DNA from: Eledone cirrhosa
Lineage: Eukaryota
Assembly: GCA_964016885.1 (NCBI GenBank)
Contig: OZ024746.1
Location: forward strand, 1,550,001-1,614,000
Direction: 5' to 3'
Length of the DNA stretch: 64,000 bases
The first letter of the stretch is position 1, and each line of letters starts with the position of its first letter. The notes below the pieces were generated by a model. The model made no database searches and was not told where the DNA came from. It worked only from the letters and a program-made list of their open reading frames with translations. This document shows, in pieces, positions 14,101 to 28,880 of this stretch. The translations under genes and the position numbers were made by a program.

Positions 14101-17100
14101 CTGATTGATACTTCTTATTCCCTGATTGATACTTCTTATTCCCTGATAGATACTTCTTATTCCCTGATTGATACTTCTTATTCCCTGATAGATACTTCTT
14201 ATTCCCTGATTGATACTTCTTATTTCCTGATTGATACTTCTTATTCCCTGATAGATACTTCTTATTCCCTGATAGATACTTCTTATTCCCTGATAGATAC
14301 TTCTTATTCCCTGATTGATACTTCTTATTCCCTGATTGATACTTCTTATTCCCTGATTAATACTTCTTATTCCCTGATAGATACTTCTTATTCCCTGATT
14401 GATACTTCTTATTCCCTGATTGATACTTCTTATTCCCTGATTGATACTTCTTATTTCCTGATAGACACTTCTTATTTCCTGATTGATACTTCTTATTTCC
14501 TGATTGATACTTCTTATTTCCTGATAGATACTTCTTATTCCCTGATTGATACTTCTTATTTCCTGATAGATACTTCTTATTTCCTGATAGATACTTCTTA
14601 TTTCCTGATTGATACTTCTTATTTCCTGATAGATACTTCTTATTCCCTGATTGATACTTCTTATTTCCTGATAGATACTTCTTATTTCCTGATTGATACT
14701 TCTTATTTCCTGATAGATACTTCTTATTTCCTGATTGATACTTCTTATTTCCTGATAGATACTTCTTATTTCCTGATTGATACTTCTTATTTCCTGATAG
14801 ATACTTCTTATTCCCTGATTGATACTTCTTATTCCCTGATTGATACTTCTTATTTCCTGATTGATACTTCTTATTTCCTGATAGATACTTCTTATTCCCT
14901 GATTAATACTTCTTATTCCCTGATTAATACTTCTTATTCCCTGATTGATACTTCTTATTCCCTGATTGATACTTCTTATTCCCTGATTGATACTTCTTAT
15001 TCCCTGATTGATACTTCTTATTCCCTGATTGATACTTCTTATTCCCTGATTGATACTTCTTATTTCCTGATTGATACTTCTTATTCCCTGATAGATACTT
15101 CTTATTCCCTGATAGATACTTCTTATTCCCTGATAGATACTTCTTATTCCCTGATTGATACTTCTTATTCCCTGATTGATACTTCTTATTTCCTGATTGA
15201 TACTTCTTATTTCCTGATTGATACTTCTTATTTCCTGATTGATACTTCTTATTCCCTGATAGATACTTCTTATTCCCTGATTGATACTTCTTATTCCCTG
15301 ATTGATACTTCTTATTTCCTGATTAATACTTCTTATTCCCTGATAGATACTTCTTATTCGCTGATTGATACTTCTTATTCCCTGATTAATACTTCTTATT
15401 CCCTGATTGATACTTCTTATTCCCTGATTGATACTTCTTATTCCCTGATTGATACTTCTTATTTCCTGATTGATACTTCTTATTCCCTGATAGATACTTC
15501 TTATTCCCTGATAGATACTTCTTATTCCCTGATAGATACTTCTTATTCCCTGATTGATACTTCTTATTCCCTGATTGATACTTCTTATTTCCTGATTGAT
15601 ACTTCTTATTCCCTGATTGATACTTCTTATTCCCTGATTAATACTTCTTATTCCCTGATAGATACTTCTTATTCCCTGATTAATACTTCTTATTCCCTGA
15701 TTAATACTTCTTATTCCCTGATAGATACTTCTTATTCCCTGATAGATACTTCTTATTCCCTGATTGATACTTCTTATTCCCTGATTGATACTTCTTATTT
15801 CCTGATTAATACTTCTTATTTCCAGATTGATACTTCTTATTCCCTGATTGATACTTCTTATTTCCTGATTGATACTTCTTATTCCCTGATTGATACTTCT
15901 TATTTCCTGATTGATACTTCTTATTCCCTGATTGATACTTCTTATTCCCCGATAGATACTTCTTATTCCCTGATTAATACTTCTTATTCCCTGATAGATA
16001 CTTCTTATTTCCTGATTGATACTTCTTATTCCCTGATAGATACTTCTTATTCCCTGATAGATACTTCTTATTCCCTGATAGATACTTCTTATTCCCTGAT
16101 AGATACTTCTTATTCCCTGATTAATACTTCTTATTCCCTGATAGATACTTCTTATTCCCTGATTGATACTTCTTATTCCCCGATAGATACTTCTTATTCC
16201 CTGATTAATACTTCTTATTCCCCGATAGATACTTCTTATTCCCTGATTGATACTTCTTATTTCCTGATTGATACTTCTTATTCCCTGATTGATACTTCTT
16301 ATTTCCTGATTGATACTTCTTATTCCCTGATTGATACTTCTTATTCCCTGATAGATACTTCTTATTTCCTGATTGATACTTCTTATTCTCTGATTGATAC
16401 TTCTTATTCCCTGATTGATACTTCTTATTCCCCCGATAGATACTTCTTATTTCCTGATTGATACTTCTTATTCCCTGATTGATACTTCTTATTCCCTGAT
16501 TGATACTTCTTATTCCCTGATTGATACTTCTTATTCCCTGATTGATACTTCTTATTCCCTGATTGATACTTCTTATTTCCTGATTGATACTTCTTATTCC
16601 CTGATTGGTACTTCTTATTTCCTGATTGATACTTCTTATTTCCTGATTTATACTTCTTATTTTCTGATTGATACTTCTTATTCCCTGATTAATACTTCTT
16701 ATTCCCTGATTAATACTTCTTATTCCCTGATTAATACTTATTTCCTGATTGATACTTCTTATTCCCTGATTAATACTTCTTATTCCCTGATAGATACTTC
16801 TTATTCCCTGATTGATACTTCTTATTCCCTGATTGATACTTCTTATTCCCTGATTGATACTTCTTATTCCCTGATTGATACTTCTTATTCCCTGATTAAT
16901 ACTTATTTCCTGATTGATACTTCTTATTCCTTGATTAATACTTCTTATTCCCTGATTAATACTTCTTATTCCCTGATAGATACTTCTTATTCCCTGATAG
17001 ATACTTCTTATTCCCTGATTGATACTTCTTATTTCCTGATTGATACTTCTTATTTCCTGATTGATACTTCTTATTCCCTGATAGATACTTCTTATTTCCT

Positions 17101-17215
17101 GATTGATACTTCTTATTTCCTGATTGATACTTCTTATTTCCTGATTGATACTTCTTATTCCCTGATTAATACTTCTTATTTCCTGATTGATACTTCTTAT
17201 TCCCTGATTGATACT
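11190..17215. repeat. 6-kb satellite, 21-bp unit (~285 copies)
   Basis: gatacttcttatt(c/t)cctgat(t/a); source of the IDTSYSL ORFs. Confidence 0.98.
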
Positions 17216-17444
17216 TATAACTTATTACATGAACATTGGAAATTAAAGTTAATCCAGGCAGGATTTGAATTTGGAACATAGACAGCCAAAACTAACTACC
17301 CCTAAAAAACATTTTGTCTAACACTACTACTACTGATTCTAGTGTCTCCATATAGAATGTTGGGTTCAGGGAATTATTAAAATTTATTTTAGCATACACC
17401 TCCATTTTTGACGGGTACTATGCTAGTTATATATGTATGTATGT

Positions 17445-17483
<39 letters not shown>

Positions 17484-18034
17484 TACATACACATTAATGC
17501 AATCCAGTGATGTCTGTATGTTTGTTAATCAATGTGTATGTAAAGAGCTTCATAAAAGCTATGTTAAATAATTGAAGTTTAACAACAACAAAACAAAACA
17601 ATGTTTCTATATATTTAGCACTAGGCAATGCCAGGTATCATTGCTAGTAGATGCAATATTTCTATATTTGTATATAGAAACTCTCACAATAGGAAGGTGA
17701 GACATCTCTGACAAAGATAAGTAGTTTTAGTCAAAAAAATGATCTTCTTTATAAACTGAGACTTTTGCTCTTTAATGAAATCTTAATCAACTTTTCAAAT
17801 ATAACAAAATGTATAAATAGTTTGTTTTGCAAGGTGAGTGTGTTCTGTTATTATTTCTGGCAATATTATTACAACAATATGACCCTCCCCAAGTATAACA
17901 ATATAAACAGTTTAATTTATTTACACTAAGTCTTTAATTATTTGAAGTCTCTGTAAGTTCCATTATAACTCTTCTGGTGGTAAATCTTGATATCTTTATT
18001 AACTGAAAGTACTTGGTTATGTAATCTAGCTTCA

Positions 18035-18098
<64 letters not shown>

Positions 18099-18099
<1 letters not shown>

Positions 18100-18656
18100 T
18101 AGCTGAATTACCGGTGCCTTGCTGCGTTTCACACATTTTTTTTTTTGTAAGAAAATGATTGATTTATAATCAGTGATATAATTTATGGAGAAAAACTCTG
18201 CATTTCAATATTACTCAATGTAAAATGTAAATCCCGCCGAGGTTAACTTTGCCTTTCATCCTTACGGGGTTGATAAAATAAAGTACCAGTAATACACTGG
18301 GTAATTGCTGGCCTTGTGCCAAAAAGTAGAAACAATTATTTTTTGTAATTTTCACTATAGGGGTTTTAACCCCCATTAGGTTGTCTTAATATTATTGAAA
18401 TTTGCTGAAATTTTGTGAATAGGCATCATATCTTGTCATTTACCTATGGTTTAAGTTTCATATAAATCGAAGGGAAAAAACTTTCAGCGGGTGTTTGTAC
18501 CCCCGGGGGAACCTTTGATTAAAATGAAATATACTTATCCAAGTACCTTGGGCAATATAGTTTCAGAATATATATGGTTATGAGGGGTATATCTACAAAA
18601 CCATAGGAGTTTGTGAACAAACAAACAGACAGTAACTACAACTTTATTTATATAGA
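18099..18656 (-). mobile_element. Non-autonomous Helitron-like element with an internal SINE fragment
   Basis: On - strand starts A|TCtatataaataaag..ctgtctgtttgtttg and ends ..aattcagCTAG|T; inserted between A and T without TSD; inverted partial copy at ~21050-21265. Confidence 0.7.
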
Positions 18657-19039
18657 TTTCTGAACTCAAAATATTTTTTGTACAAGTTTGACTCTTCCAA
18701 GTTGATGCATGCTAGAATTGTGTGTGTATTAACTTCAAGAAAAGATACACAGATGATTTGGTAAGCAAACTTTTTTTAACCCTTTAGTTACCAACCTGGC
18801 CAAAACTGGCTCAGATTCTATGCAATAAAACCACCCGTTTTAAAGGATTTAAATTAAAATCTTCCAATATAATTTTATATAAAAACCTTACATAGTAATG
18901 AAACAATTAATGATTTTTAGTAAATCCCTCAATTCATTCATTAATTAAAATAGTGTATTTCATTAGAAATATGGTGATGAAAGGGTGAAGAGATTTGTTG
19001 TTAAATTTGTAGAGTGGGCATGTGTCATTTTCCCTCAAA

Positions 19040-19260
19040 TGGTACAGCCAGTTGTTGGGGTGCCACTCTAGATGTGCCACTGGTACAGCCAGTCGTTGGG
19101 GTGCCACTCTAAATGTGTCACTGGTACAGCCAGTCGTTGGGGTGCCACTCTAGATGTGCCACTGGTACAGTCAGTCATTGGGGTGTCTCTCTAGATGTGT
19201 CACTGGTACATCAGTCATTGGGATGTCTCTCTAGATGTGCCACTGGTACAGCCAGTCAGT
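19040..19260. repeat. 41-bp minisatellite (~5 copies)
   Basis: cactggtacagccagtcgttggggtgccactctagatgtgc. Confidence 0.9.
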
Positions 19261-19526
19261 GCCATTATTTTCTATTCTCTATCATGTGTAGAAGAGTCTC
19301 AGTGTTGTGCCCAGTCTTTGATGTCGTCAGACCAGGAGTTTCTTCGTCTGCCTCTTCTTTGCCCTCTCTCGACTGGGCCCTGAAGGATGGTTTTAGATAA
19401 GAAGTTCTAGCAGGATGTATGATCATACCAGGCAAGTTTCTGTCTTTTCCCTATCACAAGGAATGGTCTCTGCCAGCATATTTGTTAACTTGCTGCCTGG
19501 CAAAGCTGTTTGTTTTTGCTCCATGT

Positions 19527-19660
19527 ATGGGATGTGTAGCAACCTTCTGATGGGATGTGTAGCAACCTTCTGAAGGACTGTTCCCTGTGATGGGATGTGT
19601 AGCAACCTTCTGAAGGACTGTTCCCTGTGATGGGATGTGTAGCAACCTTCTGAAGGACTT
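19527..19660. repeat. 40-bp tandem repeat (~3 copies)
   Basis: gggatgtgtagcaaccttctgaaggactgttccctgtgat. Confidence 0.85.
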
Positions 19661-20032
19661 GTGCTTGAATGATTGGTTTCTTTGTTCCATGTCATATGTG
19701 AGAGTTGGACAAAAAGATGTCACTAAAGACTTGTACAGTTAATGTGTGTATAAACTTGAAGAAAACACAGATTATTTGGAAATCTTTTTTTAAAGAATGT
19801 TTTGTTATATTCTGTAGAGACATAAGTTTGTTTCTGTTGTATAAGTTAAACAGTTGAGAGCCATAAATCTCACTCTTATACTCTCTTTCTCGCTCCCTAT
19901 CTCTCTCTCTCTCTCATAAATCTCACTCTTATATCCTCTCTCTCCCTCTCTCTCTCTCTCATTCATATAAAAAGCAGATGTTTATAAATAAGGAATAGTT
20001 TGATTAGTAGCACAAAAAACAATAGTATTGCT

Positions 20033-20304
<272 letters not shown>

Positions 20305-20749
20305 CTCACACCAAAGTTATATTTTCCTAAGGCTTTCTCTAAAACCAGACTTGGTTTGGTTGCTAAGTAACCTGGTAAAATACCAATAAATATAGAAATG
20401 GTAATTTATTTATCTTTATTCATATTTTTATATTGTCAAATGGTTTTATTATGTCAAGTTGACACCACCCTTCACTCAGCAATCTACACCTATACAGTGG
20501 CTGCCTACCCTTTCTCACATAGCCCCTTCTCACATGTAGTGCCAGGAGATGATCCATGAAACAACACTTCTTACCAAGTCCAAACCCGACCTTCCCAACA
20601 TGCACTTGAAATCATGCAAACCATTCTGGGAATCAAGACAATAACTTTGATCTAAAGGAAGAGTGAAGATCATGCACTCCCTGTACAATGCAGGTTTAGC
20701 TGGCCTCCTCCAAGGTATATCTCGTTGGAGATGTCTTGGGTAATTTAAT

Positions 20750-20890
20750 GATAGGGACCCCAGTCCTATCATCTCATTTCTACAGCTGAGTAAACTGGAG
20801 CAACGTGAAATAAAGTGTCTTGCTCAAGGAAACAACACATCACCCGGTCCGAGAATTGAACTCGCAACCTTTTGATTGCAAGTCCAATGA
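20750..20890 (-). mobile_element. Partial copy of the same tRNA-SINE
   Basis: Near-identical reverse complement of ~9020-9162; related fragments at ~36350-36480, 37245-37365, 47830-47965. Confidence 0.8.
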
Positions 20891-21616
20891 TTTATTGATT
20901 TTACTTAATTTGCTTGAAAAAAGAAAAGAAAAGAAAACATAGGTAGAGCCTGAACTATGGTAGCGGCTGAAATATGTTGGACATATGAGGGAAGGGATTA
21001 AAGCTCATAAGTTTGGGTGGTTCTTTCAAAGAATCTCTCTTGCTGTCTGAAAATGTTTTCCCTTCGATTTATATGAAATTTAAACCATAGGTAAATGACA
21101 ACATATGATGCCTATTCACAACATTTCAGCAAATATCAATAATATTAAGACACCCTAATGGGCCAATAAATGGAACAAGATTTCACAAACTCCTCCTATG
21201 GTTTTGGAGATAGACCCTCATAACCATATATATTCTGAAACTATATTGCTCAGGGTACTTGGATATATATATATATGTGTATGTATCATCACGTCTGTTC
21301 TTCCACACTTGCATGGGTTGGACGGGTCCTTCTCAGGACAGTATCTCTCCATTCACTGTTTCTGTGTCATCTCCTCTGTGAGTCTGAGATTTGAGGTCAA
21401 CTTTCACCACATCTGCCCAGGTCTTCTTTGGTCATCCTCTACTGTGGCTTCCTTCCGCTGGGATTTCCTGGCACGTCTTCACCAATCAATTATATGTCTC
21501 TTTCAAAAATAAAAGCTGTTATTTTGTCATGTGATTTGGTGACAGTTAATCTATGTTTGGGTTAGTTGAGGTGATGTTGGTTTTGTAGATGACTTCACCC
21601 AGAATCATACAAGAGA

Positions 21617-21887
21617 ACTAAGATGTGAACTGATGGACAAATACCATGAAATACTGGTTGTATGGCAGACTAAGATGTGTACTGATGATGGACAAATACC
21701 ATGAAATACTGGTTGTATGGCAGACTAAGATGTGTACTGATGATGGACAAATACCATGAAATACTGGTTGTATGGCAGACTAAGATGTGTACTGATGATG
21801 GACAAGTAGCATGAAATACTGATTGTAAGGCAGACTAAGATGTGTATTGATGATGGACAAGTAGCATGAAATACTGATTGTATGGCT
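21617..21887. repeat. 55-bp minisatellite (~5 copies)
   Basis: ctaagatgtgtactgatgatggacaaataccatgaaatactggttgtatggcaga. Confidence 0.9.
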
Positions 21888-22177
21888 GATGATATGAACC
21901 ATCCCATTTTTTTATTTTTTATTTGTTTTCAAAACTGTATTATCCAATATATCCTTCTTAAGATAGAAGGATGATATTTAAGGGAAATTTGGTTGCCAGT
22001 TTTAGCAGGTTGAGTCAACACAGGCTTTCTCATGGGTCCATTACTCTGATAATTCTGTCACTCAAGTCTCATTGAATGGAATGAAATTGTCAATATTTTG
22101 TTTATTTAATAATTACTTTTAGATTTTTTTTAATTTTTTTAAAATTTTGTTTAAATTGTTTTTTTCTCTGTTTTTAG

Positions 22178-22288
22178 CTTGGAAACTTTGGAATCGCTGC
22201 AGATCAGGTGACATGGTCTCGTGTTACTATGGTTTCTGATGAGTGGATCGCAGTGAGACATGATAGCAGAGACAGAAAAATATCTCAT
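22178..22288 (+). CDS. Clathrin-TD-like gene, first identified coding exon (LGNFGIAADQVTWSRVTMVSDEWIAVRHDSRDRKISH)
   Basis: tttttag|CTT ... CAT|gtaagt; 111 nt, phase 0/0; aligns to CHC [28 protein letters not shown]. Confidence 0.85.
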
Positions 22289-23370
22289 GTAAGTCAAATA
22301 TTGTGTGTGTGTGTGTGTCTGTGTGTGTGTGTGTCTGTTTGTGTTTGTGTGTGTGTGTGTGTGTCTGTGTGTGTCTGTCTGTGTATGTTTGTGTGTTTGT
22401 CTGTGTGTATGTCTGTATGTGTGTGTGTCAACCATAAGTATCTCAGTTACATATATAGTTCCATAACTCCTGGTGGAGTGAGGTGACATGTTGACACCAT
22501 TTCTAGGCTATTTTATCACCTGGTGGAACCCATCTCCAGGTCTGAATATGGCAGATTTCTTCCAGGTAACAACAACAATAAAACATTGATAGTGTTTTCA
22601 AGTTTAGGTTCATACATATGTGATGACTGGTGTGAATGGCTGAAAATTATACATAGACACATATGAGTGCATATATGATTGTATATGGTGGCTGCCAACT
22701 CGTTTTCGAGTACGGCCACTACTTTATATCCATGTAGGAGAACCCCTACCGATGTGCTGAACGAGTGTGACTTTTTAGTCCAGCCAGCGACTTGAAAACT
22801 CTGGTACAAACGCTACACTTGTGACAATTATTGACACATAGTGCTGGGCCCATGGTAACATGTAACGACAAGTGCAGAGAGATCTCCAGATATAAAGCAA
22901 TGCCTGTGCCGTGAAGCTTTTATAGTGAGCAAAGGCACTGCACAAAGCCAGTCCCACTCTCTTAACCAAGATGATATTTACCAAAAAGAAGAACAAGTCA
23001 ACATCATTGGATACCATCAGGGTTGCAGGTGTTATATCAGAGTTTTCCTTCTCCTAGAATTCTGCCTTGACAAAGGCTAAGGGGTCATCTCTCCCGGTGA
23101 TTTTGGATGGCCATTGACTCTTAAGAGCTCCTTTGCCCTTTGACAGGTTTTGTTTTTAGTCCTGCAGGATGTCCAAAGTCATCCTCCTCACCAAGAAACC
23201 TTGGTGGGGCTGCCAGTTTAGTCGCCCACAACCAGACCATGAGACAGGTTGTACTGGGATACATGTTACCAGTAGCATGAGTGTATATATGGGTGTTATG
23301 TATGCATAAGTCATTATTCCAAAGCTGGTGCATTAGGAATTGTTAAATAACAGCACTACTTTGTGTATAT

Positions 23371-23417
<47 letters not shown>

Positions 23418-23667
23418 ACACACCACACACAACACACAACACACACCACACACCACCACTACCACCACCACACACACACTATATATACATATCAAATTCC
23501 CCAACTATTGCCAAATACTCTTCACAGCTTTACCTCGGCAACTTGCCATCAATTACTTAAGCTAACTCTAACAATTACAACCATGCCAGTTATTTTATAT
23601 TCTTTCTTTTTATCCCACAGAATCTTTATGGATAGTTTTACTAAATAGCTTTCATTCCATCTAAAAT

Positions 23668-24400
23668 ATCATCATCATCATCATCACGTCCACTTTCATG
23701 GGTTGGACAGGTCCTTCTCAGCATGGCTTCTCTCGACTCACTGCCTTTCTTCATTATCTCCTCTGCCAGTCTCAACAATTTGAGGTCAGCTCTCATCACC
23801 TCTGCCCAGGTTTTTGTTGATCTACCTCCACTGGCTTTACCTGGCACTTCATCCATCGATCATTGTTTTGTGTGCATCACGTCTGTACCAACGCAGTCTT
23901 CTCTCCTGTACACCACCTCAGATTCCTTTTAAACCCAGCTTCTCCCTCAGTTCATCCCAACTCTGCCTTTCTCTCACATTTACATTGCATATCCAATGAA
24001 GCATGACTGCTTCATTTCTCTCCAGTCTACACATGTCTTCTGCAGTCACAGTCCATGTTTCACTACCATGTAGCACCACATGTCTTCTGCAGTCACAGCC
24101 CATGTTTTACTACCATGTAGCACCACATCTTCTGCAGTCACAGCCCATGTTTCACTACCATGTAGCACCACGTCTTCTGCAGTCACAGCCCATGTTTCAC
24201 TACCATGTAGCACCACATGTCTTCTGCAGTCACAGCCCATGTTTCGCTACAATGCAGCATCACATCTCACACACAGGCATTATACAGTTATTTAGTACGT
24301 AGGGAGAAACCTTTTGTAGTCACCAGTGGGAGTAGTTCTCTAAACTTCTTGCATCCCTTCCTTATTCTAGCTGTAATTCTCTCAGAGCACCTTCCTTCAA
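23668..24400 (-). mobile_element. Degenerate RTE 3' fragment with internal tandem amplification of the LHGSETW segment
   Basis: ORFs 23918..24103(-), 24046..24240(-) and 23641..23856(-) show RTE C-terminal motifs; (CAT)n tail at ~23668-23686. Confidence 0.85.
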
Positions 24401-25140
24401 TAAGTTGAAAATGACCAAATATTTTTTTCTTCAGCATATGGATAATTAGGGCATTAAAAGGTTAAGGGAATTTAAGGGAAAGTGGTCTTATAATATTTGG
24501 ATATTTAGGGCATTATAGGGTTATGGGAGAGAGGCCTGATATTTAGATATTTATGGCATTATAGGGTTATGGAAGAGAGGTCTGATATTTAGATATTTAG
24601 GGTACTATAGGGTTAAGGGGGAGAGGTCTGATATTTAGGGCATTATAGGGTTAAGGAAATTAAAGGGAAAGTGGTCTTAGAATATTTGTAATATTATCCA
24701 AATAAACATATATATATATAATAATAAAACATAACTGTCCCCATTTTGAATCCAGATGAAATAAGTATGTCTATGTATTTAGCATCAGTTCCCTGAAGAA
24801 TACCAAATATTTTAGAACTACTGATATAAATGTTTAAAATGGTTTTACTAAAGACATTTTCCTGGCTGCTGGCTGCTCCTTTTACTTAAGTTAATGTTGC
24901 AGTTGTTGTTGTTGTTGTCATCTAATAATTGTTTCTACTATTGGCACAAGGCCAGCAATTATCCAGTACATTACTGGTACTTTATTTTATCGACCCCGTA
25001 AGGATGAAAGGCAATGTTAACCTCGGCGGCTAATAATGAAGTCACTTATCATTTGAATATTTGTATCATTTTACAATAATAATAATAATGTTTTCTTTAT
25101 TGGCCACAAGGGCTGACATCAAGAAAACATTACAGACGGC

Positions 25141-25250
25141 CAGGACGGTACAGGACGGTACAGGACGGTACAGGACGGTACAGGACGGTACAGGACGGTA
25201 CAGGACGGTACAGGACGGTACAGGACGGTACAGGACGGTACAGGACGGTA
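25141..25250. repeat. Perfect (CAGGACGGTA)11
   Basis: Direct reading. Confidence 0.97.
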
Positions 25251-25364
25251 CGATGTGGGTTTTGTGCGTGTAAATATTTTTATTTATATAAGAAAAGAAA
25301 AAAAAAGGACATAGAAACATATAATAATAATAATAATTGTTTCTACTTTTGGCACAAGGCCAAT

Positions 25365-25940
25365 TCATCATCATCATCATCATCAACGTTTAACGTCCGT
25401 GTTCCACGCTTGCATGGGTTTGGACGGGGGTAGTCCCACTTGAGGCAAGAGTGATTGTCTTGCTCGCATAGGACTGTCTGGCAGGTTTTCTACAGTTGGA
25501 TGCCCTTCCTAACACCAACCACATTTACAGTGTGGGTCTGGGAGGTTTTTACCGTGTTGCCTACACGGCCACATTACAGCGTGGACTGTGTGTTTTTTTG
25601 TCGTGACACCTACACGATCTCATTTGTTTCGGCCTCGATGGTGCGGCACCAACATAACTTTACATAGAACGGGGTGGTGTGGATGGGATGGGGTGGGGGT
25701 GGTGGTGGTGGGACGGGGTGTATTTTGTTAGAGATGCCTACTGGCTGGAGTAGGTTTTACTATATATTTAGGTAAGGCGGGTCTTCTCTGTTACTGAGTA
25801 CCGCCAAAGGTCTCGGTCCAGTGACATTGTCTTGGAGAGGTGTAAGTGTGTGATGTCGGAGTTTATCAGCTCGTCCCAGGTTTTTCTAGGTCTGCCTATT
25901 CCGTGACTACCGTCTATCTTTATTGCCCTGCACTTTGTTA
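25365..25940 (-). mobile_element. Degenerate RTE 3' end (ORF tail + 3'UTR + (CAT)n)
   Basis: Similar to the reverse complement of 42640-43098. Confidence 0.75.
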
Positions 25941-26658
25941 TACTAATAATAATAATAATAATGGTTTATGACTTAGGCACAAGGCCAGCAATTTTTTAGG
26001 GGGGGGGGGGTCGATTAAATTCACTCCATTGCGTTACTGGTACTTTATTTTATCGATCCCCCCCCCCCCCCCACATGGATGAAACACAAGCTAACCTTGG
26101 CGGGATGTGAATTTGGAATATAAAGGGTCATAACTATATACTGTAAAGCATGTACGATGCTCTACTGACTGCTGCTAATCTATTGCCCTTGGTTTCTGAT
26201 TTAGGCACAAGGCCAGCAATCTGGCTGGATCCCCAAGCGAGACCAGCCAAGCTCATGGATGTTATCCAACTATCTCACTCAGGGTCTACCCCTGGGTCTC
26301 CTGCAAAATCTGCCCAGTGATTCTTTCCTCAGACATTCTAACCACATGCCCACAGTATCAGAGCTGTGATCTCTTAATTCAGAGAAGTAACAGCTCTACC
26401 TGGAGTGACTCTCTCATCGCTGAGTTACTCACTCTATTGAGTAACATTACTCCAGAGACCCTTTGGAGAAACCCCATTTTGGCCGCTTGTATTTGATCAT
26501 ATTCTTTCATTCATTACCCCAGATTCATAACCTTAGGTAAGGGTTGCCATGGATAGCTTGAAATATTTATAAAAACTGGACTAGGAAGTACATATTTTGT
26601 CACTTAATCAGTACTATGATTTTCTTTTTTTTTTTCCTATTCTGCCTATATTTTCAAC

Positions 26659-26704
<46 letters not shown>

Positions 26705-27783
26705 TATTTCCTAGTTCCAACAGCTCTTGCCCTAAAACCCTGCCTGCTTTGGAGGTTTTCTAAATAACATGAAGTATTGGATTTGCAATCATAAGGTTCC
26801 ACACTCCCTGCTTCTTGGTTGGCAGGAAGGGTACATATATAATACACACACATACACAGCTGGAAAATCAATTGCTCAAACAAAAGCACCACAGTCATAC
26901 AAGCATGGAGAATTGGATGTGAAACAAGCAACAAAAGAAAAAAAATATATTCTCTATGTTCTAAAGTAATATTTAGAAAGGGAGTGAAGTTTACATCAGA
27001 TATGGAGATATGGAAAATTATTATAAATCTATGGTTACATAGAGACGAGAAGGATTTATGAGTCACAAGTATCTATTATATGTAAGCTGTAGTACATGTC
27101 ATGTAAAAAGTCTGTTGTGCAAGGAAAGATGGTTGGTAAGAGTGTGTGCAAGAGAGAAGACATTAAATAACATACATCATTAAAAAAAGTACATTACTAA
27201 AATTCCATGTTATAAGATATATAGGATGGGTTGAGGTCTCAATAGGTAAACTAAACAACTAATTCTGGTTTCTAAAATACAACGGAGACAACCTAGAAAA
27301 ATTACAGATTTTCCACCCCCACCCCCACCTATTCCCCCACACCCACTTATCCCCACCCCCGCTTTATCCCCACCCCTGCTTTATCCCCACCCCCACCTAT
27401 TCCCCACACCCACTTATCCCCACCCAGATGTGTGGGGGGTGTACAGAGATATACTTCTCTCTCTCCCTCTTTTCTCTCCCCCTCTCTCTCTCTACTCCTC
27501 TCCATCTCTCTCCCTCTACCCCTCTCCATCTCTCTCCCTCTTTCCACCCCCTCTCTCTCATACAATATACACTGAAACTTACAGATCTACAGACCTCTTG
27601 TTTAGGCCTCCACTGCCACCCCTACCCCACCCCACCTCGCACCACTCCCCCTCCCCCACCCAACAATGTCTCACTGTCTTATAAAAGAGATCATTGTTTT
27701 CCCCTCCATTCAGATCTGTCTGGTATTAACATTAAGGAGACACACAATGGAGATTCATTGAAACAAACCATAAGATTGTGTGT

Positions 27784-27910
<127 letters not shown>

Positions 27911-28557
27911 AAGTACATACATAACATCCCCCCACCACCACACCCAGCGGAAGAGGATGTTTGTTGATAGACAATGTAGAAAGCAGAAGTAACTGGGGGG
28001 ATATGTCTTCCACCCCTCACATACTCTCATAATACTCACTCATACACACATACTGCCATACATACACACACACTCCCACACACCCAAGGATGACCACTGG
28101 TATCTCTGTTGATCTAATTAACCCTTTCATCACAATATTTCTTTGTCTCTCTCTCTCCAACATCTGACATCAACTCTACTGTATCAATCTATGTAGCTAT
28201 GACCCCTGTTTACCCCCCCCCCCCCCTCCATTATTTGGGACCCCAGAATATATTTCTTTAGCTAATAACACTTGTCTCTTATTTTGTTGATTATTTCATT
28301 TAAAATGATAATCTAGTTAAACCAAGTTGAAATGCTAATTAACTATTGCTATACACCGCGTAAATTAAGCTGAGAAATCTGATGGCTGAGTTGAACTATG
28401 ACTGAAAAAACTGATATTGATTGATTTTAAATTATGTATTATGTACTCTTAACAGTTAATTTTAGCAGTTAAGGTCAGTCTGGTCAATAACTGATGCTGT
28501 AATAGTTTAACTGAGATGCATTTCTATAACTGTTCAATATGAAGGAATAAAGTCAAT

Positions 28558-28880
28558 ACCACTGATGAGTAGACACAACCTGAGATATGTGGGTATGACA
28601 AGTATGTCACATGACATGAGTGCCACTGATGAGTAGACACAACCTGAGATATGGGGGTATGACAAGTATGTCACATGACATGGGTGCCACTGGTGTGGTA
28701 GTCACAACCTGAGATATGGGGGTATGACAAGTATGTCACATGACATGGGTGCCACTGGTGTGGTAGTCACAACCTGAGATATGGGGGTATGACAAGTATG
28801 TCACATGACATGGGTGCCACTGGTGTGGTAGTCACAACCTGAGATATGGGGGTATGACAAGTATGTCACATGACATGAGT
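28558..28880. repeat. 65-bp minisatellite (~5 copies)
   Basis: gccactggtgtggtagtcacaacctgagatatgggggtatgacaagtatgtcacatgacatgggt. Confidence 0.92.

Noticed and set aside
11188-17281. 1757-aa and 288-aa IDTSYSL repeat ORFs
   Set aside because: 21-bp satellite; nucleotide-level homogeneity and no unique flanking coding sequence or splice support.
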